Origin: Polyangiales bacterium
GTDB taxonomy: Bacteria; Myxococcota_A; Polyangia; Polyangiales; Houyiibacteriaceae
Assembly (NCBI GenBank): GCA_045106895.1
Contig: JBGCFM010000009.1
Span: 1-33,183, forward strand
DNA: 33,183 nt
Direction of reading: 5' to 3'
Every line of letters begins with the position of its first letter. Positions within the stretch are counted from its first letter, which is position 1. Position numbers and translations under genes: made by a program. Below, piece by piece: positions 8,728 to 17,266 of the stretch. The notes beneath the pieces are model-generated. The model was not told the origin of the DNA, did no database searches, and was given only the letters and a program-made list of their open reading frames with translations.

Positions 8728-10350
8728 ATGGCCTATTCGCCGCCGGTGATGTCGACGATCGGCAGCATCCTCGTCCTGGTCTTCTACGCACTCGTCGTAG
8801 GTTCCGCCGGCTATTTCCTGCACAAGGTCGCGTGGTTCTTTCGTTACCGCCGGCTCCAAGAAGAGATGGTGCAGCGGGCTCTTGAGAAGCTCCGCGAGCA
8901 GGCGGACACAACCGTCGTGCGCTGGGATCAAGGCGCGGAGGTGTCGTGGTCCGAAGCTAGCGCAAGCGCGACGGCAACGCCGACGGACTACGTGCGCCGC
9001 GTCGAGAGCGAACTGGAGACCCTCGCGAAGAAGCTCGGTGCAAGCCACGAGTCCATTCGCGGTAAGCTGCTCGAGTCTGTGCGCGAAGACGGCGACGCTC
9101 AGGAGGTGTCGCTCTTGGATGTGCCCCAGCGTCGCGGGCCCGACCGAATGGTCACGCTCATGCTCGGGTTCAACATCGTGCCCGACCCGCCGGTGCCGGC
9201 GGCGGACACGCTCGCGCTCGAGATGCGCTCACGCTACGGCTTTGGCCGTCGCGTACTCGCGTTCTTTCTCGGTGTTGCCGACGTCGTCTACTCCTCCCAG
9301 CACGTCGTGCGCATGTCGCAGAACCCACGAACGCCGGTGAGCATCGTCCTGCGCCGTATGAGTCTGGTCATGCTCATCCTTGGCGCGCTCATCGTGGACA
9401 TCGGCTTCGGGCTGCGAAAGCGACTCGTCGAGCTCGTAAGCGAAGAGCTGCCCAACTACATCGAACTTACGTCTCCTCTCATGAGAGACATGGCGCCCAC
9501 CGTCCTCGCCCTGGTGATTTGGCTCGCGGGCTACGGCGCGCTCTACATCGGTCTGTATCTATTTCTTCGCTGGCGAAGTGGTCGCTATCTTCGTGACCTT
9601 GAGCTTATTCAGGCGACATTGCCGGAGCGCATCGCCGACATTCGAGACCGTCACCTCGAACAGCTCTACAGGTGGACCGACGACTACGGGTCCACGCTGG
9701 ATGACGCCGCGTTGCTCACGATGCACCAGGCGGAGATGCTCGTTCAGCGCACGGCACAGAGGCTGCGTCGCCGAGTGGCGAGCCCGCGTTTGCTCGACCT
9801 CTCGACGGAAGTCGCGACGCTCTTTTTCGCCAAGCTTCCTGAGTCCGCGGTGGGGCTCCAGGACGTCGCATCGTCCCATCGTCATTCATGGCGGCACTCG
9901 TTTTGGCCTAGGCGCCAAGAGATGCGCTATCAGATCAACATCGCCCAGTACCGCTTCGCGTGGCGCGACATCGAGGTGGCGGTCAACAGTCTTCGCGGCG
10001 AACTTCCAGATCCAGACCTCGCAGGCCAGCTCTGGCGAAGCCTCGTCCGTTACGCACGGATGTTCCCGGACGTGGTTCCCGATGACCTCTTCAACCGACT
10101 CCAAGAAGCTCATGGCGCCACCGTCGAGACCATCGTCGAAGCCACCAATGACGACCTCGTCGCCCTCGATAGACAGCTCGCGGAACTAGCGGACGCGCTT
10201 CAGCACACCGTCGAAGCGGTCTCGCCGCTCGTTGAGAGTCGCATCGAGCTCACCACGCGCTCGATGGAGGCGGAGGTTGCGGCCTTCGTGAGTGAAGCTC
10301 GGCGCGTTCGGGAGCGAGCGCGCCTCGAGGCGATGGCCTTCGAAATCTGA
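8728..10350 (+). CDS. Hypothetical membrane protein (about 3 TM, helical C-terminus)
   Basis: 540-aa ORF with GC-rich third positions; hydrophobic segments near the N-terminus and two in the middle; no recognisable motif. Confidence 0.75.
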   Translation: MAYSPPVMSTIGSILVLVFYALVVGSAGYFLHKVAWFFRYRRLQEEMVQRALEKLREQADTTVVRWDQGAEVSWSEASASATATPTDYVRRVESELETLAKKLGASHESIRGKLLESVREDGDAQEVSLLDVPQRRGPDRMVTLMLGFNIVPDPPVPAADTLALEMRSRYGFGRRVLAFFLGVADVVYSSQHVVRMSQNPRTPVSIVLRRMSLVMLILGALIVDIGFGLRKRLVELVSEELPNYIELTSPLMRDMAPTVLALVIWLAGYGALYIGLYLFLRWRSGRYLRDLELIQATLPERIADIRDRHLEQLYRWTDDYGSTLDDAALLTMHQAEMLVQRTAQRLRRRVASPRLLDLSTEVATLFFAKLPESAVGLQDVASSHRHSWRHSFWPRRQEMRYQINIAQYRFAWRDIEVAVNSLRGELPDPDLAGQLWRSLVRYARMFPDVVPDDLFNRLQEAHGATVETIVEATNDDLVALDRQLAELADALQHTVEAVSPLVESRIELTTRSMEAEVAAFVSEARRVRERARLEAMAFEI

Positions 10351-10372
10351 TAGCTCCTGCGCGGCCGAGCGC

Positions 10373-10930
10373 TCAGGGCTGACGGGCGATGAGCCGCGCC
10401 ACGTGCCGATCACCGACCCAGCTCTCGCGGTAATAGAGCACGTTGAGTACGCCGATATCTCGAAGCAGCTCATTCGGCTCCGCGAGCCAACGTCGCGACG
10501 GCTGGCTCTGGCGCTCCAGATTCTTCGTTGTCCGGATCTCGGCGACGACGACGCCGCCGGGCGCCATCTGCGCGCAGATGACAGGGAAGAGCGCCCGCTG
10601 CCGATAGTGGAAACACGCCACCAGGTTGTACGGCCCTTCAGGCAAAGGCTCGCGCTCGAGGTCCGTCACCCGCGTCGTGATCTTAACGCCCTCGTCCGCG
10701 GCTGCTTCGCGGGCAAGGGCGAGTCCGACGGGCGAGATATCCACGGCGGTCACATCAAAGCCGCGCCGCGCGAGCCAGACGCTGACACGTCCGGAGCCAG
10801 CGGCGACGTCCAACGCCGTGCCGTGCTTCGGCACGTCCACGTCGAACTCTCCTAGCCAAGCAGGGTCGCCAACGCCGTAGTCACCGGCTCGGTAGCGTGC
10901 ATCCCATTTCTCGCGGTCGGTCTCTGCCAT
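10373..10930 (-). CDS. Class I SAM-dependent methyltransferase (TehB-like)
   Basis: DREKWDARY, ALDVAAGSGR, VTAVDISPVGL. Confidence 0.88.
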   Translation of the reverse strand: MAETDREKWDARYRAGDYGVGDPAWLGEFDVDVPKHGTALDVAAGSGRVSVWLARRGFDVTAVDISPVGLALAREAAADEGVKITTRVTDLEREPLPEGPYNLVACFHYRQRALFPVICAQMAPGGVVVAEIRTTKNLERQSQPSRRWLAEPNELLRDIGVLNVLYYRESWVGDRHVARLIARQP

Positions 10931-10967
10931 ACGCGCAGCCTGCGTGGGGCTTCGCCTGGATGCAAAC

Positions 10968-11131
10968 CTAGTGTGCGATTCAGAAAGGTAGAGGGGACCT
11001 GACTTGTCCTGCAGCCCGATGGCTGCGTTGCTCTTCCTCGAAATGTCGGGGACATTCCTTCGTCATCGCGCCTAGCCCTCGGACTGCAGTCCTGCGTCAT
11101 CTCCCGTCTACCTTTCTGAATCGCACACTAG
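10968..11131. mobile_element. MITE-like non-autonomous element A (164 bp including CTAG at both ends)
   Basis: Perfect 25-bp inverted repeat CTAGTGTGCGATTCAGAAAGGTAGA at 10968-10992 and 11107-11131; inner inverted repeat 11009-11024 / 11074-11089; intergenic, no transposase. Confidence 0.8.
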
Positions 11132-11169
11132 CTCAACGTTGGTTTGTCGACGCCAGTTCAGCCTGACGC

Positions 11170-12993
11170 CTAGAGACCTTCGATATCGAAGCTGAACGAA
11201 GCCTCTGTTCTTGTCGGTCCAAGGTCGGAGAAGTCGAGCCCCGTGAGTGCGCGTTGAGTGCATCTCCGTGCTTCTGGGGGAACAGGACACCACTCGCGCA
11301 CTCTCACGCCGTCCACGTGACCATTTGCGTCGAGCGTGAGGTGCACGTCCTGACCGCGGCGAACGTACTTGCCACGAAAGCACCGCGTGATCGCGTCTTC
11401 CTGAGTCTTTACACGCGTGCGAAATACGCCGGCCCGCAACCCGAACGCCCCATTGGTCCCGGAGAATTCGATGCGGTCGCTCGGACGAACGAGGAACATC
11501 TCATGCTCGCCTGTGCCGCAGGGGGCCATGATACGTCGGGCAGAAGACATCGCGGTGTGTGCCGTTCTGCTCATCGACGCGGCGTGCGCGTGTCGCATGC
11601 TCGCCGGCGGCGCGCCGGTATGGTTTGCCGGCTCTGGGGTGGTCACGTCCATGGCGCTCGCCGACTCGGTGTCGTCACTCGTTTCCGGGGTTTCGACTTC
11701 CGCCGTCTGCTCTTCGACCTCGTCGACCTCGTCGACCTCGTCGACCTCGTCGACCTGGTCCACCGGAGAGGCCTCTGGCTCCTCGTCGGCTGACGGTACC
11801 GGGTCGTTGCGCTCGGACGACGTGCTCGTCAGTGATTCTGGACCCGCGGCTACGGACACCTCGTCCCCTTGCTGCGTAGCGACGAAGGCGACGGCGCCCA
11901 CCGCTCCGAGGGCGAAGAGAGCGACGATGGGAATCCAGGGCTTCCGTGCTGGATCTGGGGGCATGCTCTGGGCAGCGGGCCCCGCTCCGCTCGCTCCAAG
12001 CGACGGCTCCTCGCTTGGCGCCATCGTGGCGTCGAAGGCCAGAGGAGTCACCTCCTGCGGCGTCATCGTGGCGGCGAGGGGGTCGGTGTTGCCCTCACTC
12101 GGCGACGCCGGCAGCTTCGCTTGCGCGCCGCTCGGACGAAGAGGGTCCATCGCCGCAAAAGGAGCCAACGCTTCGCGCATCTCCGTCGCGCTCTGAAATC
12201 GGTCCGCGGCCTTGGGTGACATGGCGCGTTCGACGAGACTGACAAACGTCTCATCGACTCCCGGGCAAAGCTCACTCAGCTTCCGCGGATTTCCTTCGAC
12301 GATGGTGAAGAGCAGCTGGTGGTAGTTCTCCGCCTCGAAGGGAACGCACCCCGCGAGGGCTTCATACATCACGACGCCAAGAGCGTAGAGATCGCCGGAC
12401 GGTGTGACAGGCATCCCCTTGGCTTGCTCCGGGGACATGTACGTTGGCGTTCCCAGCACCTGACCCGTCGTCGTCATCTTGGAGTCACCGTCGCGTTCGA
12501 CGACCCGTGCGATGCCAAAGTCCAAGAGGCGCGCGATGTCCGGGACACCCGACGATGATGACACGAAGATATTGTCAGGCTTTAGATCGCGATGAACGAT
12601 GTTGCGCGCGTGCATGGCTTCGAGCGCTGCCAACACCTGAATGGCAAAGAACGCGACTCGCTCGGGAGGCAAGGGCGCCTCGCGAACAATGATGGCGTCG
12701 AGGCTCTCCCCATCGAGGAAGTCCATCACCAGGAAGGGTCGACCTTCATCGACGCCAAAGTCCGTGACCGGGACGATTCCCGGGTGGTTGAAAGAGGCGG
12801 CTACCTCGGCTTCTTGGCGAAAACGCGCGGCGAGGGAGGCGTCGAGGGCGATGGCCGAATGCATGACCTTCAGCGCGACCCGGCGGCCTAAGCCCTCCTG
12901 AACGGCGAGCCAGACACTCCCCATGCCGCCGGCTCCAAGGGGACGCTCCAGGCGATAGCGGGCGAGCACATCGCCGGGCTTCAGAGGCTCCAT
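11170..12993 (-). CDS. Membrane Ser/Thr (Hanks) protein kinase with extracytoplasmic AgmX/PglI-like C-terminal domain
   Basis: GAGGMG, VALK, HRDLKPDN, DFG, GTPTYMSPE; TM segment WIPIVALFALGAVGAVAFVA; acidic linker; Cys-containing C-terminal domain; ATG at 12993. Confidence 0.93.
   Translation of the reverse strand: MEPLKPGDVLARYRLERPLGAGGMGSVWLAVQEGLGRRVALKVMHSAIALDASLAARFRQEAEVAASFNHPGIVPVTDFGVDEGRPFLVMDFLDGESLDAIIVREAPLPPERVAFFAIQVLAALEAMHARNIVHRDLKPDNIFVSSSSGVPDIARLLDFGIARVVERDGDSKMTTTGQVLGTPTYMSPEQAKGMPVTPSGDLYALGVVMYEALAGCVPFEAENYHQLLFTIVEGNPRKLSELCPGVDETFVSLVERAMSPKAADRFQSATEMREALAPFAAMDPLRPSGAQAKLPASPSEGNTDPLAATMTPQEVTPLAFDATMAPSEEPSLGASGAGPAAQSMPPDPARKPWIPIVALFALGAVGAVAFVATQQGDEVSVAAGPESLTSTSSERNDPVPSADEEPEASPVDQVDEVDEVDEVDEVEEQTAEVETPETSDDTESASAMDVTTPEPANHTGAPPASMRHAHAASMSRTAHTAMSSARRIMAPCGTGEHEMFLVRPSDRIEFSGTNGAFGLRAGVFRTRVKTQEDAITRCFRGKYVRRGQDVHLTLDANGHVDGVRVREWCPVPPEARRCTQRALTGLDFSDLGPTRTEASFSFDIEGL
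11714..11760 (-). repeat. 9-bp coding tandem repeat (DEV, about 5 copies) in the kinase linker
   Basis: TCGACCTCG repeated in tandem on the + strand. Confidence 0.85.
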
Positions 12994-13080
12994 TCCGCAA
13001 GCATAGCAGGCATCTGGGCATTGCCCGGTGCACGTTGAAGTCCACCTATCGGGGTACACCTGCTAGCCTCCCGCGGAGCG

Positions 13081-13629
13081 ATGGCGGACAAGGACAAACG
13101 CAGCGATGAAGAGCTGATGGCGGCCTATGTGGGCGGCGATGAGGCCGCGTTCGATCTGCTCTTCGGCCGCTACGCGCCGATGGTCTTCGCCATGGTGAAA
13201 CGCCACCTCCGCAACGACGACCTGGCGCGCGAGTACACCCAACAAACGTTCTTTCGGCTCCACGGGGCCCGGAACGACTTTCGGAGTGACGGCCGTCTTC
13301 GTCCGTGGCTTCTGACCATCGCCATGAACCTGGTCCGTGGGCACTGGCGAAAACAGAAGCGTCGTCGCCACGTCGATCATGACCTCGACCTTGAGGCGGC
13401 GCCGCAGGCTGAGTTCACGGACATGGAACTCGGACAGCGCGCCGAGCTTCTTCACGGTGCCCTCGCGAAGCTCCCACCGACGCAGCGAGAGGTCGTAGAG
13501 CTGCATTGGCTCCAAGGGCTTCCTTACGCCGAAGTCGCCGCCATCGTCGGTTCGTCCGAAGGCGCCGTTCGTGTGCGCGCGCATCGAGCCTACGGGCGCC
13601 TTCGCGAGCTCCTGGGCAACGTCATCTAG
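13081..13629 (+). CDS. ECF RNA polymerase sigma factor
   Basis: SDEELM...GDEAAFDLLFGRY, LRPWLLTIAMN (region 2); LPPTQREVVELHWLQGLPYAEVAAIVGSSEGAVRVRAHRA (region 4). Confidence 0.93.
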   Translation: MADKDKRSDEELMAAYVGGDEAAFDLLFGRYAPMVFAMVKRHLRNDDLAREYTQQTFFRLHGARNDFRSDGRLRPWLLTIAMNLVRGHWRKQKRRRHVDHDLDLEAAPQAEFTDMELGQRAELLHGALAKLPPTQREVVELHWLQGLPYAEVAAIVGSSEGAVRVRAHRAYGRLRELLGNVI

Positions 13630-13713
13630 CCGGAGCCCTGGTCACGCTTCTTTCGCCCTTTTCGATTTCCTTGGGCGGAGCGTCAGGTTTCCGAAAAAAA
13701 AGCGAAGCTCCCC

Positions 13714-13740
13714 GGAACCTCCCGGCGCGAGGGCTGTCTA
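13714..13740 (+). promoter_or_regulatory. Candidate ECF sigma promoter (GGAACC-N16-GTCTA)
   Basis: GGAACC 13714-13719, 16-nt spacer, GTCTA 13736-13740; A8 tract at 13694-13701; lies upstream of ATG 13862. Confidence 0.6.
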
Positions 13741-13861
13741 TGTATTCGTAGGCGGCGCGGAAGACCATTTGGGGTCGCAGCCCGCCCAATAAGTACGCAG
13801 CACACGTTCCAACGTGAGCCTGCGCCAACACAGATGCGCGCTGCGCACCGGAGGAAGACCC

Positions 13862-15301
13862 ATGGAAAGCGAAGAACGAACCCACTACCAACTGGCTGTC
13901 AGCGGACCCCCTGTTCGAGGCGAGGACGTCGAGACCGAAAAGACTGTTGTGGAGGTCATCGTTTCTTGGGGTGACGTTCGCGATGTGTTGAGTGTCACTC
14001 ATGTAAGCGACGCCGGGACCTTCGTTCTTGGCGACACGGGTGAGACCGACTTTCTGATGAACGCCGGTGTCCTTGGTTCGAGCTCTCACACTCTGGTTGA
14101 AAACGGCACGCTCCGTATTCCAAGCGGCGCCTCCGGCACCCTCCGGGTGGCCGGCGAAGAGCGAGAGCTCTCCGACATCACGCTCGCCGCGGGCATCGAA
14201 GCGAGCCTCGTGCTCGGCGACTTCCGTGTCCTTGTCCGCGAAGTTCAGGAAGGCAAACGCGTCGCACCTCGACAGACGGCCATGGAGCGGCAGCCTATGG
14301 TCTTCATCGGAGGCACCATGGCCGTCGCTGGCATTCTCCTGGGAATCATGGCGCTCTCACCCGCACACGGCATGGCCATGACCGGCGACCGACTCGACAC
14401 GAACAGCCGCCTCGTCAACTACATGACCGAACAGGCGGAGTTCGAAGAGCCAGAGGTGGACTTCGAGGAAGAGGTCGCGTCCGGCGGAGACGAAGGCCAG
14501 CGCGCCGAAGGGGAAGAGGGCGCCATGGGCGACGTCGAATCCGACCAGCAGAACCGAAGCTACGCCATCGAAGGCAACGCCTCCCCGGAAGACCGCGCAT
14601 TGGCCCGGGAGCACTCGCGCGAAGAGGCGAGCCACGCTGGAATCTTGGGAGTGCTTCCTTCGGCGATGCAGGCGTTGAACGCGCCAACGAGTCCCTTCGG
14701 CGCAGAGCACGCCATCGGCTCCGACCCCATGTCCGCCCTCGGCGCGATGGTCGGACTTGAACTCGGCGACAGCGAAGGCCTCGGCGGCCTCGGCCTCATG
14801 AGCGTCGGTCGCAGCGGCGGATGCACCGGGCCTGACTGTGGCCTCGCGACCATCGGTCTCGGTTCCGAAGGCATCGGTCATGGGCTTGGCGACTGCGACA
14901 ACGGTCCTTGCCTCGGCGGCGGTCACGGACCGAGCGGAACATCCCTCGGTCTTCGCGAACACCGAGCACGGGTCCCGACGATTCGCTCCACCGGCGCCAC
15001 CGTCCAAGGTGCCCTCAGCCGAGAGACGATTCGGCGTGTCGTCCGGCGCCACCACAACGAAGTGAAGTTCTGCTACGAGCGTGCTCTTCAGTCGAACCCT
15101 GGTCTTGAAGGACGCGTCACCACACGCTTCATGATCTCCCCCTCCGGCGCCGTCGTCGGCAGCTCCATCGTCGGCTCGACGCTGCGCCACTCAGAGACCG
15201 AGAGCTGCGTCCGCGACGTGCTCACTCGCTTCACCTTCCCTTCGCCGGACAACGGCGGAATGGTCAGCGTGACCTACCCCTTCACGTTCTCCGCTCGCTA
15301 G
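13862..15301 (+). CDS. Single-pass membrane protein with C-terminal AgmX/PglI (TonB-C-like) domain, GltG/PglI-like architecture
   Basis: GGAGG RBS before ATG 13862; N-terminal beta-rich domain, TM segment, GEEGAMG and Gly-rich linker, GALSRETIRRVVRRHHNEVKFCYERAL...FPSPDNGGMVSVTYPFTF. Confidence 0.88.
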   Translation: MESEERTHYQLAVSGPPVRGEDVETEKTVVEVIVSWGDVRDVLSVTHVSDAGTFVLGDTGETDFLMNAGVLGSSSHTLVENGTLRIPSGASGTLRVAGEERELSDITLAAGIEASLVLGDFRVLVREVQEGKRVAPRQTAMERQPMVFIGGTMAVAGILLGIMALSPAHGMAMTGDRLDTNSRLVNYMTEQAEFEEPEVDFEEEVASGGDEGQRAEGEEGAMGDVESDQQNRSYAIEGNASPEDRALAREHSREEASHAGILGVLPSAMQALNAPTSPFGAEHAIGSDPMSALGAMVGLELGDSEGLGGLGLMSVGRSGGCTGPDCGLATIGLGSEGIGHGLGDCDNGPCLGGGHGPSGTSLGLREHRARVPTIRSTGATVQGALSRETIRRVVRRHHNEVKFCYERALQSNPGLEGRVTTRFMISPSGAVVGSSIVGSTLRHSETESCVRDVLTRFTFPSPDNGGMVSVTYPFTFSAR

Positions 15302-15318
15302 CTCTCACTTTTCGCGAA

Positions 15319-15348
15319 GAAGAGGCGCTCCCCTGGGGGCGCCTTTTC
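15319..15348 (+). terminator. Probable intrinsic terminator
   Basis: GAAGAGGCGCTCC-CCT-GGGGGCGCCTTTTC hairpin 17 nt after the stop. Confidence 0.6.
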
Positions 15349-15367
15349 TCGTGGAGCCGGAGCTGGT

Positions 15368-15415
15368 CCACCTGGAGGGTGGCGTTGGCGCGTCAACTAT
15401 CCCTTGAACTTCTGA
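15368..15415 (+). pseudogene. Possible degenerate remnant of an AgmX/PglI domain C-terminus
   Basis: Reads PPGGWRWRVNYPLNF*; removing one G and adding one T restores PPEGGVVRVNYPLNF*. Confidence 0.35.
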
Positions 15416-15433
15416 GTTTCGCGCGCTCGGGTC

Positions 15434-16528
15434 CTAGTCCCCGTCCACGGTTTCCTGCCAGTTGGCCGGCAGGTCGAGGAAGCCTTCGCCGTGAAGGTAA
15501 CTGTACACGGCGTTGCACATCACGCCGCAGACCTCCGCGTAGATACGCGGGTCCGCGGCGAAGCGAACGGTCTCTTCTCGCCACGGGTAGTCACTCGACG
15601 CGCCCAACGCATCGGCGAGCGGCTTCTGAATCGACGCGAGCAGTCGGTCCATGAAACGAGATTCGAAGACCTCACGAAAGCGAGCAAACTGCGCCTCGGT
15701 GATCTTGTAGTCCATGCCACTGCCGTAGGCGGCGCGTGACTCGCGAATGACCTCCCAAGCGAACTCACCCAGCGCTTCGCGAAAGTCCCTCATGAAGAAG
15801 AGCAGCAGCACGTCACGGTAGACGCCGAGGAGTCGTTCGAGCTCAGGCTTGGTTCGCGCCATCACTTCCGATGCGAGCTGTTTATGGAAGCTGCGGAGCC
15901 GAGCTAGCGCGCGCTCTTTGACGTCGTCGGAGGTGTACTTGAAACGCTTTAGGTCGCTGCGGATCGCTTCGTTGTGTCGCCGATACGCCGCGAAGAGGGC
16001 CTCGTCGGGGTGCGCGTGGACGGTCTCGAAAGACGCGTCGCCGGCGGCGAAGGAGTCCGCGCTCAAGTAAAGACCGATGATGCGTCGTTGGATGCTCTCG
16101 ATCTTGTGGCGCATGAATGCTTCGCGCCTTGCGGAGACCATTTTCTCGAGGAGCTCCCGCAGCGCGCGAATGAGCTCGATCTCGAGTTGCTGCGGATCCG
16201 TGGGCTTTGTGCGTGCGCCCTGTGCCGCCGCCTGGAGAGCCTTGAGTTCCTCGACGACCTTCGCCGTGATGGCGTCCAGCTCAGCGTTGGTCTCGACGGC
16301 CGGATCCACGTACACGACGCGCGCCCGGAGCTGCTCGTCGCGAAGCTGGATGGCGGCTTCCGCAAGCTCCATGCGCTCGCGGGTCTCGACGGGAACAGGA
16401 ACGGGGGGCGGCGCAAAACGACGGCGGTCCGGCGGCTTCGGCGCTTTGGCTTGTGGGCGCGCAAGCGGAGGTGCGGGAGGAGGGGGTGCCCTCTTGGGTG
16501 GTGGTGGCGGCGGCGGCGGCTTATCCAT
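15434..16528 (-). CDS. Hypothetical protein with Pro-rich N-terminus and helical domain
   Basis: ATG 16528 overlaps the upstream TAA (TAATG); MDKPPPPPPPPKRAPPP; no recognisable motif. Confidence 0.75.
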   Translation of the reverse strand: MDKPPPPPPPPKRAPPPPAPPLARPQAKAPKPPDRRRFAPPPVPVPVETRERMELAEAAIQLRDEQLRARVVYVDPAVETNAELDAITAKVVEELKALQAAAQGARTKPTDPQQLEIELIRALRELLEKMVSARREAFMRHKIESIQRRIIGLYLSADSFAAGDASFETVHAHPDEALFAAYRRHNEAIRSDLKRFKYTSDDVKERALARLRSFHKQLASEVMARTKPELERLLGVYRDVLLLFFMRDFREALGEFAWEVIRESRAAYGSGMDYKITEAQFARFREVFESRFMDRLLASIQKPLADALGASSDYPWREETVRFAADPRIYAEVCGVMCNAVYSYLHGEGFLDLPANWQETVDGD

Positions 16529-17112
16529 TAGGCTTTCTCGTCCGCCATCTCGGATCGCAGCCGGATCGGGCCGAATTTCTTTGGGTGCAGGCCGACCTTG
16601 CTCTCGTAGAACGCGCGGATCTGATCCATGTCTTTGCCGACGTCGCCGGTGATCGGAATCGCTGGGCCTAAGCCACATTCGCGGCGTCGGTAGTCGAGGA
16701 AGCCGAGGACCACGGGAACGCCGGCTGTGCGAGCGATGTGGTAGAAACCGCTCTTCCAATGGTCCGTGTAGCTCCGCGTGCCTTCGCTTGCGACGAGGAG
16801 CGCGAGCTTGTCGTGCTGGTCGAAGAGGTCTGCCATCTGCTGAACAAAATTCGTTCGATGGTGGCGCTCGACGGGGACACCGCCCAGGCGACGCATGATG
16901 CGCCCCTGGACCCCCTCGAAGAGAGTGTGTTTGCCGACCCAGCGAACATCGACTTCGAAAGAAGCTCCACACGCCAGAGTCAGCGGCAGATCCCAATTGG
17001 AAGTGTGAGGTGCTGCGATGAGCACATAGCGGTCGGTAGGCGGCTTGTCTCCAACGACGGACCAGCCAATGGACCGGAGGAGTGCTCGGCCTGCTTCTTT
17101 ACGCCCAATCAT
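16528..17112 (-). CDS. Lysophospholipid/1-acyl-sn-glycerol-3-phosphate acyltransferase (PlsC family)
   Basis: AAPHTSNWD (HX4D), LGGVPVER, SEGTRS, WKSGFYHIA; ATG at 17112. Confidence 0.9.
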   Translation of the reverse strand: MIGRKEAGRALLRSIGWSVVGDKPPTDRYVLIAAPHTSNWDLPLTLACGASFEVDVRWVGKHTLFEGVQGRIMRRLGGVPVERHHRTNFVQQMADLFDQHDKLALLVASEGTRSYTDHWKSGFYHIARTAGVPVVLGFLDYRRRECGLGPAIPITGDVGKDMDQIRAFYESKVGLHPKKFGPIRLRSEMADEKA

Positions 17113-17266
17113 ATGGCCGGAGCATCGCACAATCCCTTCTTCGAGGTTGGGCAAAGCGCCGGGGCCCCAAACCCCCACATGCGTCAGGGTGTCGCGATCG
17201 AACGACGCGAATAGGCGAAAAGCGAGTCGTATGAGAATGGTACGATTTATGCTAAATTTCGGCCTC

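Noticed and set aside
11714..11760. Short tandem repeats as a possible CRISPR or phase-variation locus (also 8101-8139, 4813-4850, 30710-30750)
   Set aside because: No spacers; they preserve frame and encode low-complexity linkers.
14357..15190. 277-aa minus-strand ORF, and similar ones such as 3565-4308, 6907-7665, 22559-23386 and 28240-29046
   Set aside because: Each lies antisense to a motif-supported gene and has no motifs of its own.
15434..16996. 520-aa ORF-track version of the Pro-rich protein, and other long upstream extensions (636, 4437, 17045, 24520, 25825, 33129)
   Set aside because: The extensions overlap neighbouring genes, promoters or element B; downstream starts fit signal peptides, RBS, -10 boxes or stop/start coupling better.
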